A DNA stretch of 64,000 bases from Ministeria vibrans ATCC 50519 (lineage: Eukaryota; Protista; Filasterea). The translations under genes were made by a program, and so were the position numbers. A model generated the notes under the pieces. That model ran no database searches. It was not told the origin of the DNA and saw only the letters and a list, made by a program, of their open reading frames with translations. Positions 36,201 to 48,481 of the stretch are shown in pieces (positions within the stretch are counted from its first letter, which is position 1; each line of letters begins with the position of its first letter). The DNA lies in contig CALSCP010002431.1 in assembly GCA_943704425.1 (NCBI GenBank), positions 62,001 to 126,000 of the forward strand. The letters are read 5' to 3'.

Positions 36201-38383
36201 GAATGGAGAAGTCAAACGAGATGGCCACTTCAAGCGAATTGTGCGCTACAGTCCATTGCTTTTCGTGCGTGTCCACACGCGCTTGAAGAAGATGGCCCGG
36301 CGCAAAGGTGTTGTTCATCGTAAGTAGACGAGTGAGCGACTCAACAGCGCCCGTCAGGTCACCAACGACCACACGACAGCGAGCGAGCAGAAAGAGCGCC
36401 AGTTCGTGGCCCGGCATGCGCTTCACAAGGGTCTCGAGCATTTGTAGAGCGCGCGAAAGGAACGGCGCGATGGGTTCGGAGGAGCCCTTGGGGTCGTTTG
36501 GCGAGTAGCGCAGGTACTCGTCGACGACAGTGAGCAGCAGATCGGGATCGGCAATCACACACCAGTCGGGTCCAAAGGGCACATTCTTAGCGGCCTCCGC
36601 TTGCAACTTGAGTGCCGTTGAAAGATGCTCGGTTGCGTCGTCGGCGCCGACTCCGCCTCCCTCGCGGAACATACGCATGGCTCGCAGTGCGTGCAGTTCG
36701 CCTGTGGCGCCAATTGAGCTCTCAATCTCCGACAGAAACTCAAGCTGCTGTGCCGCATCGTCGAGCTGGCCGAGCTCGAGCTGAGCGCGAATCACGCCGG
36801 TGAGAGCGGCCACCGACGATTCATCGAGCTGCATGGCCATGCGAAAGTGCTTGAGAGCAACTGTAGCCTCGCCCAGCCACAGGTTTAAACGGCCCATTTC
36901 AACGAGGTGGTCGGGATCGGTGGGAGCAATGGCGTGCGCACGTTCACAAATCTCCAGGCACACGCGCAGCACGGCGATGTCACGGCCACACACACGTGCG
37001 GGAGCCATTGCAAAGCGACGCATCAGTCGGTCGCTGCGTGGTTCGCTCTTCTCCAGAACCATTTTGAGCTCGGCAAGTGACTCTGCAGCCTCGGTGGGTG
37101 CGCCTTCGTGTGCCAGCTGCACCAGCACACTGGCGTGCAGTGCGGCCAGGTTGCGCGGCTCTGTCGCCAGCACACGCGCACTCGTCGATGCGACCTGCTC
37201 CCAGTCTTCCAGGGCAAACTGACACGCCATTTTTTCAATGAGACCCGGTGAGAATCCCCGATTGCTCACAACGACCTGTGTGTCAGCCAAAAAAATATAT
37301 TATTATTATTATAATTATTGTGTTTGTTTGTTTGTTTGTTTGTGTTTGGCACACCAACCTGGTTGAGGACTTCCATAGCCCCATCGTAGTCATGGCGAAA
37401 CTTGATGCGATACGCGGCCTTTCCCAACAGCGCGTCCACGCTTGCGCTGCGTGAGCGCTTCAAACCTTCGTCAAAGTACTTGATGCTCTTTTTCGCTGTT
37501 GTTTGATCCTAAGGAGGGAAGGAAGAAGGAGAACAACAGGCAGTACGTACCCCGATTGGATTTGCGTGGTTTGAGTGGACTTACCTTGTTCGGGTTGGTA
37601 AAGTCAATCCAGGCGCGCGCCACGACTCCCTCGGTTGAGTCTGGGTTCATTTTGAGCATTTTGTCGACGTACTTGCGCGCCTCGTCGTGACGCGACAAGT
37701 GCCAAAGGAAGAGGGACGCAAGCAAAAGCGCATCTTCGCCACACTGCTTGCGCTGCTTGTCGACGCGCTTGAGCAACTCTTCGACCGCCTCCTTGTCGAC
37801 CAGCTCGCTCTTCTGTCCACCCAGAGGAAGAAAGATATCCCAGAGAGAAAGAAGTTAGTGACATTGATAATTTTCAAAAATAATTTATGAAGATCTATTT
37901 CACCTTGTGAGCGTAGAGTAGAAGCAAGCTGCTGCACAACCCCACGACTGGATGCTGTTCAACAATTGCGAGCTCGCGCATGCCGTCCTGGGTCTTGCCT
38001 TCCATGATCGCTCCTATCAACAGTTCAGGACATGACATTGAGTGTCAAACGTCACTTTTTTGGTCTGTTTCGATTTTTAAATGAGAGACATAGATAACTT
38101 CATACCAAACGCATGCCAGAATTGCAGGGTAGGGTTGTTGCCGCGCTTTTTCAGGCTGTCTTGAGCGGCAATCTATCAAGGAGGTGTTTTTAAATGTTGA
38201 CGACACTTCTTCTTAGCAACGACACAAAGAAACACACCCGCGCGGGGGCGCAGGCGCGCGCGGTGTTGTGCACGCGCGTGTGGGCGACAGGCCAGGCTGA
38301 AACACGCACTGTCGTACTTGAAGATGCCGAAACATTTTGTTTCTCGCATAGTAATTGATGAGAGCATGCTCGGCCGTTTCCAT
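33278..38383 (-). CDS. TTC21B: IFT-A subunit IFT139/TTC21B (multi-exon TPR protein)
   Basis: N-terminus [22 protein letters not shown], many TPRs, C-terminus [15 protein letters not shown]...[10 protein letters not shown]...[16 protein letters not shown]...[12 protein letters not shown]. Confidence 0.95.
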
Positions 38384-38514
38384 ACTGCACCAATACTGCT
38401 CTTCAGACTTCAAGGGAGTAAAGGGACCGTCGACAGCGTGGAAAAGTCAAATAAAAATTTGATTGAAAAAAGAATGCTTTATTTTTGTGTTATAGTTGTC
38501 TAATAAACTAATCA

Positions 38515-39107
38515 CTACTTGCGCCTCTTCCTCTTCGCTTGGGTATTGGACGATGGTTCGATGGCAGCGGTGGCACTCACAGACGACTGCAAAAGTGCAA
38601 CGTCGGCCTTGGCGGGCTCGGTGGGCTTTTCAGGCGAGGGACCCACCTGATCGGCGGGCAGGGGCGCAGCACCAAGCACCACCGAAAGAGGCATGAAGGC
38701 GTGAAGTGCTGCCTTGACTGCGCTCAGTGCCTCGTCGCTACCCGACATTCCTTGAAGAAGTTTCACGGCAGCAGTTGCGCTCTGAAACATGAAGAACAAG
38801 ACAGGTTAAAGAACGACACACACCATTCAGACGTACTTCAAGAGAGGCTTCGCTGGGCTTGGCCTTGGCGGCAGCGACAAGGAGACGCATAGAAGTGTCT
38901 GTCTTCGTGGGAGAGCAGACGGCCAGGGCCCGGGCGGCGGCCACAGCAAAGGCAACGGTGCCGGTGCGCTCAGCCAGTGCAACCAGCGATCCGCACAGTG
39001 CACCTGCGCTGTCAGTGCCTTCGCCAAACACCTGTGAGACCAGGCCGGGGAAGACCGAGTCGATGACAGACTGTGCTGTCGCTGACACTGTCATTTCGCT
39101 CACTGCA

Positions 39108-39139
<32 letters not shown>

Positions 39140-41219
39140 AGTTGATGTTAAAACACACGATGATAAATTCATCATTAGCATTGGTACGTTTGTGCTTGAA
39201 GATGACCGCGCGTTGAGCAACCTCGGGAGAGGTCACATCGACACGGGCGGCACGCGCAAGCGACTGCAGCATCAACAGAGGCTTCTCTAACGAGACATAA
39301 AAAGAGAGAGGGGGGGGGAGTAAGAAGGAGTTGGGTTCGGATGGACGTCATACGGCAGCGGAGATACACGTCAAAGGAAAGAAGGTGTGTGCGAATGTCC
39401 TTAGGGCGCAGGCGCTGCAGAGGCGCAAGGAAGCGCTTCTTTGCCTCCTCGAGAGGGTTTTCCGTCTACAAGAGATGCCGGGTCAGTATGATAAAAGAGT
39501 AAACCACCATGCACTCACCTTGGCCAAAGCCTCTCCCTTGGGATCCGTATCCGCATTGCTCGGTCCGTCGTCGTTCTTCTTCGACACCACTACACAAGCG
39601 AAACAATGTCTTATTTCTCAATCTCTCTCATTCCAACTTTTTTTTCTCCCTCCGTTGTCCATCACTTTGTGTCTCTCTCTTTCTCGCTCTCTCTCTCTAT
39701 CATTTTTCTTTCTCCCTCCTCTTTCCATCCCTTTGTGTCTTTCTCTCCTTCCTCATCTTTCCATCGCTTTGTGTCTTTCTCTCTTCCTCCCTCTTCTCTC
39801 TCTTACTCGCTCTCTCTATCATTTTTTTCTTTCTCCTTCCTCTCTCTCTCTTACCCAACGCCTTGGCTTCGTCAGCGCGACGCTGCGCACGACGCTGCTT
39901 GCTGAGGAGCTTCTTGCGCTCGCTCTCGCTGAGGTTCGCCATAGCATCCTCCTCGGCAGTGCCTGCGCCGCTGCCTCCCTTGGGTCGGTCAAACAGATCC
40001 ATGTATACCTGAAAGAAAGAAAGTACGTAGCCATGTATTTTAGTGCGCTGTGTTGTGTGTGTACACCATCGTACCTCAATTGCATTCTGCGCGGCACGGA
40101 CAAAGAAGCGATGTTCACGAGTGAATTCGTCCATTCGGATAGTACTACATGAAACAACACGGAAGAATTCAGCGAAAGAATAGATGCACAAGTAACATAC
40201 TTGACGTATGCGCGAAGAGCAACACGACGCAGACAGTACACGTGGAAGTCAAACTGGTCGTCGGTAAACTGCGTGTAGTGCTAAGAGAATAAAGAATATT
40301 AGTTGAAAGCGGTAGCTTCGGAATACAACTTACAGCATCAATGGAATGGTAGTTCTTGAGAGCCATTCCGTAGTCGCTAGTGCGGCGATAGCTGTCGCCG
40401 GCAGCCGCCTGGAACCACTGACACTGCATTTCCGTCAGATTGTCCACCGAATCCATTCCTATATAATTATGTGTGTGTGTGAGTGAGTGAGTGAGTGTGT
40501 ATGTGAGTGAGTGTGATGTGAGTAAGTGTGTATGTGTGCATGTAAAAAGAGTGTGTATGTGGGGTAAGGGTATATGTGAGTGTTGTGTGTGTATGTGAGA
40601 GAATGTGTATGTGAGTGTGTGCGTAGTGCATTGCATTGGGTGATGGAACGTTGAGTTACAATATTGCAGTGTACCTTCGCGAGTGAAAAGAGCGCTGGTG
40701 TCGCATGCACGTTTGATCTGGTCACTCATAAGAAGGTACTTGACACACTTTGAGTTGACATAGCGATCGGCCGTGTCGAGTTCACGAGCGGCGTTCATTG
40801 TCTCTGCCGCACGCATCAAATCACCACCGTGCTAACAAGAGAGCGAGAGAGAGAGCAAAAAAAGGGGGGGAGGGGAGCGTGTGAGAGAAGAAACAGAGAG
40901 CGGCTAGCGTGCGAGCATGTGTACCTTGTAGATCTTTGCTTTGCACATGTAGAGATCGACGTTGGTTGGAGTATGTTCGAGGGCACGGTTGATACTCTCA
41001 AGAGCACGCGAGAGCTCACCCAGTGCGTCGTAGTGCTGTGCTTGCACATACAGTGTCCACATGAGCGCGGATGCAGGAACCTCAGCGCCCCTAAAAATCC
41101 ACATCATTTTAACACTCTTATCACACACGCTTTGTTCTGTATAGTTCACAAACACTAAGACACACACACAAACTCACACACACAATATAATAAATTATTA
41201 TAATTACATACGTCATACA

Positions 41220-41264
<45 letters not shown>

Positions 41265-42707
41265 AGATAAGACGTATGTTATATTGGCACACTGTTCTTA
41301 CTCTGGAACAAATTGACGGGATTCGGTAAGCTTAGCGATGAATGAGTCGATGAGGCCACTGATGATGGCAATCTTGGCGTCGTTGGCGGCGTTGCGAGTG
41401 CGGTAGAGCGAACGGATCGTCTCAAAGACAGAGGGAACGCCCTTTTGAAGGTACTTTTGAAGCACCACCGAGACACGCGACGCAAAATCATCGCCTACGT
41501 CAGAGAAAGAAAAATAGATCAACACAGGCGAGAGTGAATGTCTTGAGCTCAGGTCGTACCGTGTGTGAAGTAAAGGGGTCGGAGCGTAGCCTGTCGCGCG
41601 TGTGGATAGCGCGTAAGAACTTCTTCGCAGATGGTAAGACGACGCGCGGTGGGAAGATCGTCCACCGAGTCCACGCCGGCCTCGAGTCGCGCACACTCCT
41701 CGAGTCCATCGACGTAACTCAGGTTGTTTGCGTTGTCGTCGAGCAGTCGCCAGTAAACGTTCTCCGCTTCTTTCCATTGCCCCTGCTTCACGAACAAACG
41801 TGCTACAAGAACAGGCAATAAGACACACAGAGAGAGCATGTGTATGTTAGTGAGTGAGTGAGGCAGTTGTTGATAAGATACCCTTGGCCTCCTTCCACTC
41901 AACATGGCTGTTGATCATGGGCTTGATGGTGTCCAGATGTTCCAGTGCCTGTTTAATCTCGCCCGCTCGCTCCAACAGCGAGTTTTTGTACAAGGCAAAT
42001 TCGGTGCGCTCTGCGTCGTTGTCGCCCGTTGCTTTGAGTTTCGTTTCCATCGACTGCAATGTGTGTCAGAAGACAAAGTATCATTAATTATTTTCTCACC
42101 TTGTTGGTCACGTCAAACTTGTCGAGCACACGGTACGCGCCCATGTAGTCGCCAAGAAGGTCGTTGCTCACGGCGGCCGCAATCCACGAAAAACGCAAGC
42201 CTGGTTTGAGGTTGAACAGGCGGAAGCGAGTCTCCTGTTGAGGGGGGGGNNNNNNNNNNGGGGGGGGTTAGAAAAAAAAGTCGTGTACTCTCAACGACAC
42301 CACACGCAGTACCTTGAATCCGGCGTAGTCACGAATTTGCACTTGAAGATTGGCGAGATCGCGCAGAATGTTCAGCGAGTCCTTGTCGCGTTTGAGTGCG
42401 TTCTTGTAACACTTCATGGCCTCGTCGTAGTTCTTGTCGGAGCGGTAGAGCAGACCGTAAACGTGCCAGCAGACGTTGCTCATGACGTTGTTCTTGAGAC
42501 CCTTTTTCACCGAGTCATACGCGTCCTCCTTGCGATTCAGGCTGTTCAGCACAAGACCACGCAACGCAAGCGTCTCTGTGTCGAGAGAAAGCCGAGTGAG
42601 CAGAACGACCAGTGTGTTTGAGTGAGCCTACCGCCATGGTTTGGGACTTTGGACAGGATCGAGTCGGTGGCCTTCAACGCCTTCTTGAACTGCTTGCGCT
42701 CATGCAT

Positions 42708-42794
<87 letters not shown>

Positions 42795-43389
42795 GCAGAA
42801 TGTGGCGAGGGGAGCGACAAGGAGAGCGGATGGCTCGAATGATGGGGAGCAGATCAAAGCGATCACTTGGCGTAAGGCGCGACTCGCGAAGGCCCAATGC
42901 CCGAAAGAAAGACTCTGGTTGCCCTTGGACCAGGGGTTCGGAGGTGTAGGGGGTGGCGCAGAGGGCGGGGAGAGGCGTACGGAACGAGGACGGACGAAAC
43001 ACGACTGGACAGGTCGCCGTGGATGTGTGGAAACGGGGCAGGCGGGCACCCGTGCCTTTGCGTGGGTTTGTGGTGGAGTGTACTTCTGTCGTGCTCGCGC
43101 TGGGTGCGGGGGGGATGCGCGCCGGGGCGATCGTGATCGCGTGGAAAGCAAATGACGAGCAAATGTACGAAACGAAAAAAAAAAAAAAAAAAAAAAAAAA
43201 GAGAGAGCAGAAAAGCAAGGAAACTCGCACGCCGCAGTTACGACGACAACCACATTGGAGGAGTGTTCCGGGGCAGCGAGTGTGCGGTATTGGCTCGGAT
43301 GGGTGTTTTTGCAATACCAGAATCGATCGGTAGATTTGCGCCTCTTTTGCCGGCAGCGGAGCAGCCCCCGACTGAACAACACCCGACAT
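38515..43389 (-). CDS. NAA15: NatA auxiliary subunit NAA15/16 (multi-exon)
   Basis: [13 protein letters not shown]|[13 protein letters not shown]...[89 protein letters not shown]. Confidence 0.97.
41220..41263 (+). repeat. (TAT)n microsatellite in a NAA15 intron
   Basis: Seen directly. Confidence 0.9.
42712..42792 (+). repeat. (GT)n microsatellite abutting the NAA15 intron-1 acceptor
   Basis: Seen directly; on the sense strand (CA)n runs straight into cag. Confidence 0.95.
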
Positions 43390-43591
43390 GATGGAACCAG
43401 ATTAGTATAAACCAATAAAAATAATCAGAATTAAGAGAGTTTGACACTTGGGCTAATGATTGATCTCTGAATTCTGAAATTTTTATTTCTCACACAAACT
43501 TATTGAACACCTGTGGCCCGGAGGAGCTGTGTTTATTTTTGGTGTGACGGCACTGAGCTCGACGCGCCGCTGATTCATTGCTGGCCTGATC

Positions 43592-46500
43592 ATGTCTGAA
43601 GGTGCGCTTGGTTTTGTTTCTCGACTCTCCGCCTGTCGCGGCTCCCGTCGTCGCCCCTGTTCGCCCCTTGTGTTCTAGCCTGCCGACGACTTGCCCTCTT
43701 CGCTGCCACCTTTCAATATGAGTCGTCCTTCTTTTTGACAATTTGCCGCCACTCGAAAAAAAAACTATTGGACGAACCGTTTTAAACATTGTGGCGACTC
43801 TTCCGCGCTAGGGAATCTTCTTGACGAGATCCTTGGTGGCGACGATGATTTTGGTCTGTTCCACCAGGACGAGCCGCCTGCAATCAAGCCGACGGCTGCC
43901 AAACGAGCGAGAACGTCGACACGAAACACAAGTGTCGAAAACGTCGCAGACACGACTGACACGTCGAAATCATCGTCAAACACCCCCGCACACCGACGCC
44001 CAGATGCCCCGGCTACTGTTGCCTCTGTTGTGCAGCGTGTTGGGCCAGGCTCGACGTCGAGGTCGAGATTAGACCCGAACCATCGCGCAAAAAGGACGAC
44101 CACCGCCACCACTACTGCATCCTCCTCCACATCCAGCGCCACCCTGAACGTTCCCGCCAACAAGTCCTCGCCATCAAAGTCCTCATCAGAGTCGTCGTCA
44201 AAGACGTCGCTTGTGCGCACCGAAGCACCGCTTCCGTCCGCACCACCGAGTGCACCCCCGAAATACTTTGTAGTCAAGTGTCCTGTTCCCGAAAACTTTG
44301 ATATCTCCAAAGCGCAGGTACTCAGCACTATCGATGACACAAAGAAAAAAGGACCTGTATGGTATTGATTGGTTGTATTGTTCTTTTTTGGGTGCAGAAT
44401 GTGTGGGCTGTGCCGGAGCGGTCTCATAATCGGATCCAACAGTACTTCAAAGAGGGACACGCCTGTTTCCTCTTCATGTCTCTCAACCGCTCGCACCGAT
44501 TTGAAGGTTGTCTTTTTTTTTTCTTCTGTTTTTATTTGAGGTTTTTGATTTTATTAATTATGTGTGTTTCACATGAATTTTTTATGTTGATATATCTGTT
44601 TGATCGTTGATTTTTATGGTGTGTTTCGTTTGCGTCTATCCTACCTCGCTTTCTACGTTGCGCTCACGTCTTGTTCTTGTGTCGTAGGCTACTGTCGAGT
44701 GATCTCGGGCGTCAACCCGACCCTGGGAACACCGTTTGGACCAAAGTTCCGAAATATATTTGGTGTAGAGTGGTGCGCATCGACGCCCGTCTCGTTTGAG
44801 GTTGACCGGATTGGCGAGTTGCACATTGACGCCGAGCGGACGATTCGCCGCAGCAGGAATCTTGATGTAGGACTATTTGTGTGTGTGTATGTGTGGTGTC
44901 TTTGTGTGTGCGTGGTGTCTTTGTGAGTGCGTGGTGTCTTTGTGAGTGCGTGGTGCGTGGTGTCTTTGTGGTGTGTGCGTGGTGTGTGTGTGTGTCGCGG
45001 TAGCTGATGTGATGGTTCTGTAGGAGTTGTCGCGGCAGACTGGTGAGCAGATTAAGGGTGTGATGGATCGCGCTGGACGGTAACCAACCACTTGTTTGTG
45101 TCTGTGCTGTTGTGGATGTTTGTTTATCATGTGTCACTGTGTTTTTTAGAAAGTTGCACCCGACAAAACATGAAGAAGCTGCGAAGAGTGCGGGAGACAA
45201 TTTGAAGGATGAATCCGCTTGGTGTATTGATCGCGCTGGCGAGACAAAAGGAAGTCGGAAGCGAACCGCAGAGGCTGTTGCTGATGGTGACGACTCCAAT
45301 GGCTGTGTTGGTGTCGTTGGCAGTGGTGCAGGGAAGAGAAATGACGCGGCGAACAAGCGGGCGCGGCCTGAGTCGGTGATTGTCACAGCCAGCTCGCCTA
45401 AACCAGCTTCGTCCAAAAAGCCCGAGCCTGTAACCGCGCAACGTACGCACGAGGAACCCACTCCAGCGATTGCATCTCGCATTGCGCGTATTGATCGCGG
45501 TCAGCCAGACACCCGTGACCGAAAGGCCCGTTCCAGTGAGCGTCCCAAGGGTCGTCCTGGTGCTCGTCCCAGTGAGCATCTTAGTGAACGTCTCACTGAG
45601 CGTCTTAGTGAGCGTCTCCGTGAACGTCTTAGTGACCGAGGAGGTGAACGCGTCATTGATGAGCGGGAGCGAGGCCCTGTGCGTGAACGAGTCAATGAGC
45701 AAGTCAATGAGCGAGTCAATGAGCGTGAACGCGCCATTGGTGATGGTGAGCGGGAGCGAGGCCCTGTGCGTGAGCGAGTCAATGAGCGTGAGCGAGTCAA
45801 TGAGCGGGAGCGAGGCCCTGTGCGTGAGCGAGTCGATGAGCGTGAACGCGTCGTTGATGAGCGGGAGCGAGGCCCTGTGCGTGAGCGAGTCAATGAGCGT
45901 GAACGCGTCGTTGATGAGCGGGAGCGAGGCCCTGTGCGTGAGCGAGTCAATGAGCGTGAACGCGTCGTTGGTGAGCGGGAGCGAGGCCCTGTGCGTGAGC
46001 GAGTCGATGAGCGTGAACGCGTCGTTGATGAGCGGGAGCGAGGCCCTGTGCGTGAGCGAGTCAATGAGCGTGAACGCGTCGTTGATGAGCGGGAGCGAGG
46101 CCCTGTGCGTGAGCGAGTCAATGAGCGTGAACGCGTCGTTGGTGAGCGGGAGCGAGACCCTGTGCGTGAGCGAGTCAATGAGCGTGAACGCGTCGTTGAT
46201 GAGCGGGAGCGAGGCCCTGTGCGTGAGCGAGTCAATGAGCGTGAACGCGTCGTTGGTGAGCGGGAGCGAGGCCCTGTGCGTGAGCGAGTCGATGAGCGTG
46301 AACGCGTTATTAGTGAGTGGGAGCGAGGCCCTGTGCGTGAGCGAGTTGATGAGCGTGAACGCGCCATTGGTGAGTGGGAGCGTGGCCCTGTGCGTGAGCG
46401 GGTCGGTGAGCGTGAACGAATGAGTGATTGTCAACGTACTGCTGAGCCTGGTCGGATGGACAAGCGTGATCGTGAGCATCAGCAGCGCCACCATGATCAT

Positions 46501-47070
46501 GACCATGATCGTGGTAGTCGTACAGGGTGGGCCCGTGGTGGTTATGGGTATGAGCAAGAGCGCCGCGAGTACTACGATCGACGCGAACCTGTGCGCTACG
46601 GGCCGCCTGCTGGCCCTTCGTTTCATCATCATCCTCTACCGCCATCTTCAGCCTTGCTAGCAGCCCCAAGATCTCCCCCATCTGCGTATCACGACCGCCC
46701 TCCTTTGCCCCGCAGCGGTCCGCCCTCCTATCACGCTCCTCCTCACCCCCAGCAGGATGCGCTTCGTTCGTATCACACAGCCACTGGCCGCTATGCAGGC
46801 GCCCCGCCTCCACCTCGTGGTCCCGTCAATGGCTCGGCAGCGCCCCCCTACCAGCAGCACCACCACGCCGGTCAGTACCGTGGACCTGGCATGACCGATA
46901 ATGAACTTGTTGCCATGGCCCCACGACAGCTCATCGACGAAATGCGTTCGCGAGATGTAAGGTTTTGGTTTCATTTTTGTCTGCCTCTTATCTCCTCTCA
47001 TCTTCCTATTGTTTCTTTTTAGCGAGGTGATCCTCCTCGCCCTGTCGATCGATCTGGGCGTCGCTATTGA
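43592..47070 (+). CDS. YTH-domain protein (YTHDC-like, divergent) with a Glu/Arg repeat and Pro/Tyr/His-rich tail
   Basis: Spliced KYFVVKCPVPENFDISKAQ|NVWAVPERSHNRIQQYFKEGHACFLFMSLNRSHRFEG|YCRVIS...IFGVEWCASTPVSFE...TIRRSRNLD|ELSRQTGEQI follows the YTH pattern (FF.IKS...EN...AK..GVW, LIFSV..SG.FQG.AR, F.I.W, K.GRDGQE). Start codon is uncertain. Confidence 0.85.
45802..46420 (+). repeat. Coding 57-bp tandem repeat, ~11 copies (ERERGPVRERV[D/N]ERERVV[D/G])
   Basis: Units start at 45802, 45859, 45916 ... 46201, 46258, 46315 and 46372. Degenerate copies extend back to ~45580. Confidence 0.97.
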
Positions 47071-48198
47071 CTCTAAATGGACAACAGACTGGTGTTCCTT
47101 TTTGTTTTATACATTTTATTTTGTCAAAGAAAGAGAAACCATCATTACATGAAATCAAGCTTTAAATGACTTATACGAGCGCTGCAATGCCGCTGATTTT
47201 ATCATTTGATTCTGTTTGTTCAGTAAGGCTCTTAAAAAAAGNNNNNNNAAGAAAGAGAAACCATCATTACATGAAATCAAGCTTTAAATGACTTATACGA
47301 GCGCTGCAATGCCGCTGATTTTATCATTTGATTCTGTTTGTTCAGTAAGGCTCTTAAAAAAAGCCCAGTTCCACCGTGGAGGGGCGTCATGAAGTGCCAT
47401 GACCATGGTGGTTCGAACTCTCTCTCTATCTCTTCTCTCTCTGTCGATAATTAAACTTTCAGGTAACTTTCATTGATACAAGTCAACATAAGACTCTCTC
47501 GCTGTCATTTTCTATCTCTCTCTCTTTCTCTCGCTCTCTCTTACACTCACATACATACTCTCTCTCTCTCTCAGTTGTTGTCGTTAGTCTGGCACTCTGT
47601 CTAGTACTAGTAAGTCAGTTCTCTCAGATTTCAAATTCTATTGACTATTTGATGTATATTTCGCGTATTATATATTTTATCCAAATATAAACTTTAGTAA
47701 TATTCGGCGTACATATATTGTGACACATACAGAAAGTATAAAGGCGTACGTACGGCGAAAAACAACAAGTATATATTTCAATTTTAAAACGGGATATTTT
47801 GTACACGGCTTAATTTGTAAGCACAATGCTATTTTTTTCACTTTCAAAAAGGTCTGGCGGACGAAGCCTTAAGGGTGCCAGATAAATTTCTTCTGAGGAG
47901 TTGCAGTGCGACTAAGCAGAGTGATAGCATTGACCGTCCTTTTTTTTTGGATGTCCGAGGGCTTTATATAAATAAACTGACCATCCGAAGCGGCTGCTGA
48001 ATTCACCCTCGCAGGAGCCGAAGAGAATATTCCGCATCCGCAGCTGGAGACGCCTTCTGAAAATTGGCAAATTGTGCACGAGATGCGATGAGGGCTTGAA
48101 AGTCGGTGCATGGACGAGATGAGCTGGTCAGGCTCAATCGGCAGTACGACTGACCAAGGGCGACTGAGCGACGGAAGTCACGCAGTTGTGTCCAAGGG

Positions 48199-48481
48199 AG
48201 GGGTCTGCGTAGGAAAGACACTGAAGAAGACAACGAAGGAGGCGCTGAAGGGCGCTGAAAAGTGATTCAAGATGTGAGAACGTTTTTTTTTTGAAAGTCC
48301 CTCTAGGCTTGTATCAATGAAAGTCCCTCTGGAAACTTTATTAGGGGTCTGCGTAGGAAAGACACTGAAGAAGACAACGAAGGAGGCGCTGAAGGGCGCT
48401 GAAAAGTGATTCAAGATGTGAGAACGTTTTTTTTGAAAGTCCCTCTAGGCTTGTATCAATGAAAGTCCCTCTGGAAACTTT
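48199..48481. repeat. Tandem direct repeat of ~140 bp x2 in a gene-free region
   Basis: 48199-48339 and 48343-48481 are identical except for poly-T length (10 vs 8). Confidence 0.95.

Noticed and set aside
45802-46420. Regular repeat array considered as a CRISPR
   Set aside because: Units are contiguous with no unique spacers, in frame within a eukaryotic exon, and no cas genes are present.
45127-46632. Long alternative-frame and antisense ORFs (501, 317 and 288 aa) over the 57-bp repeat
   Set aside because: They follow from a stop-free tandem repeat. Only the + frame joins the spliced YTH gene.
47128-47364. ~115-bp direct duplication flanking the N gap at 47242-47248
   Set aside because: Identical sequence on both sides of a short gap is the signature of unmerged contig overlap, so it is most likely an assembly artefact.
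48292-48327. GAAAGTCCC resembling the RNase MRP CR-I motif
   Set aside because: It occurs four times inside a tandem repeat and no matching CR-V/P4 partner was found.
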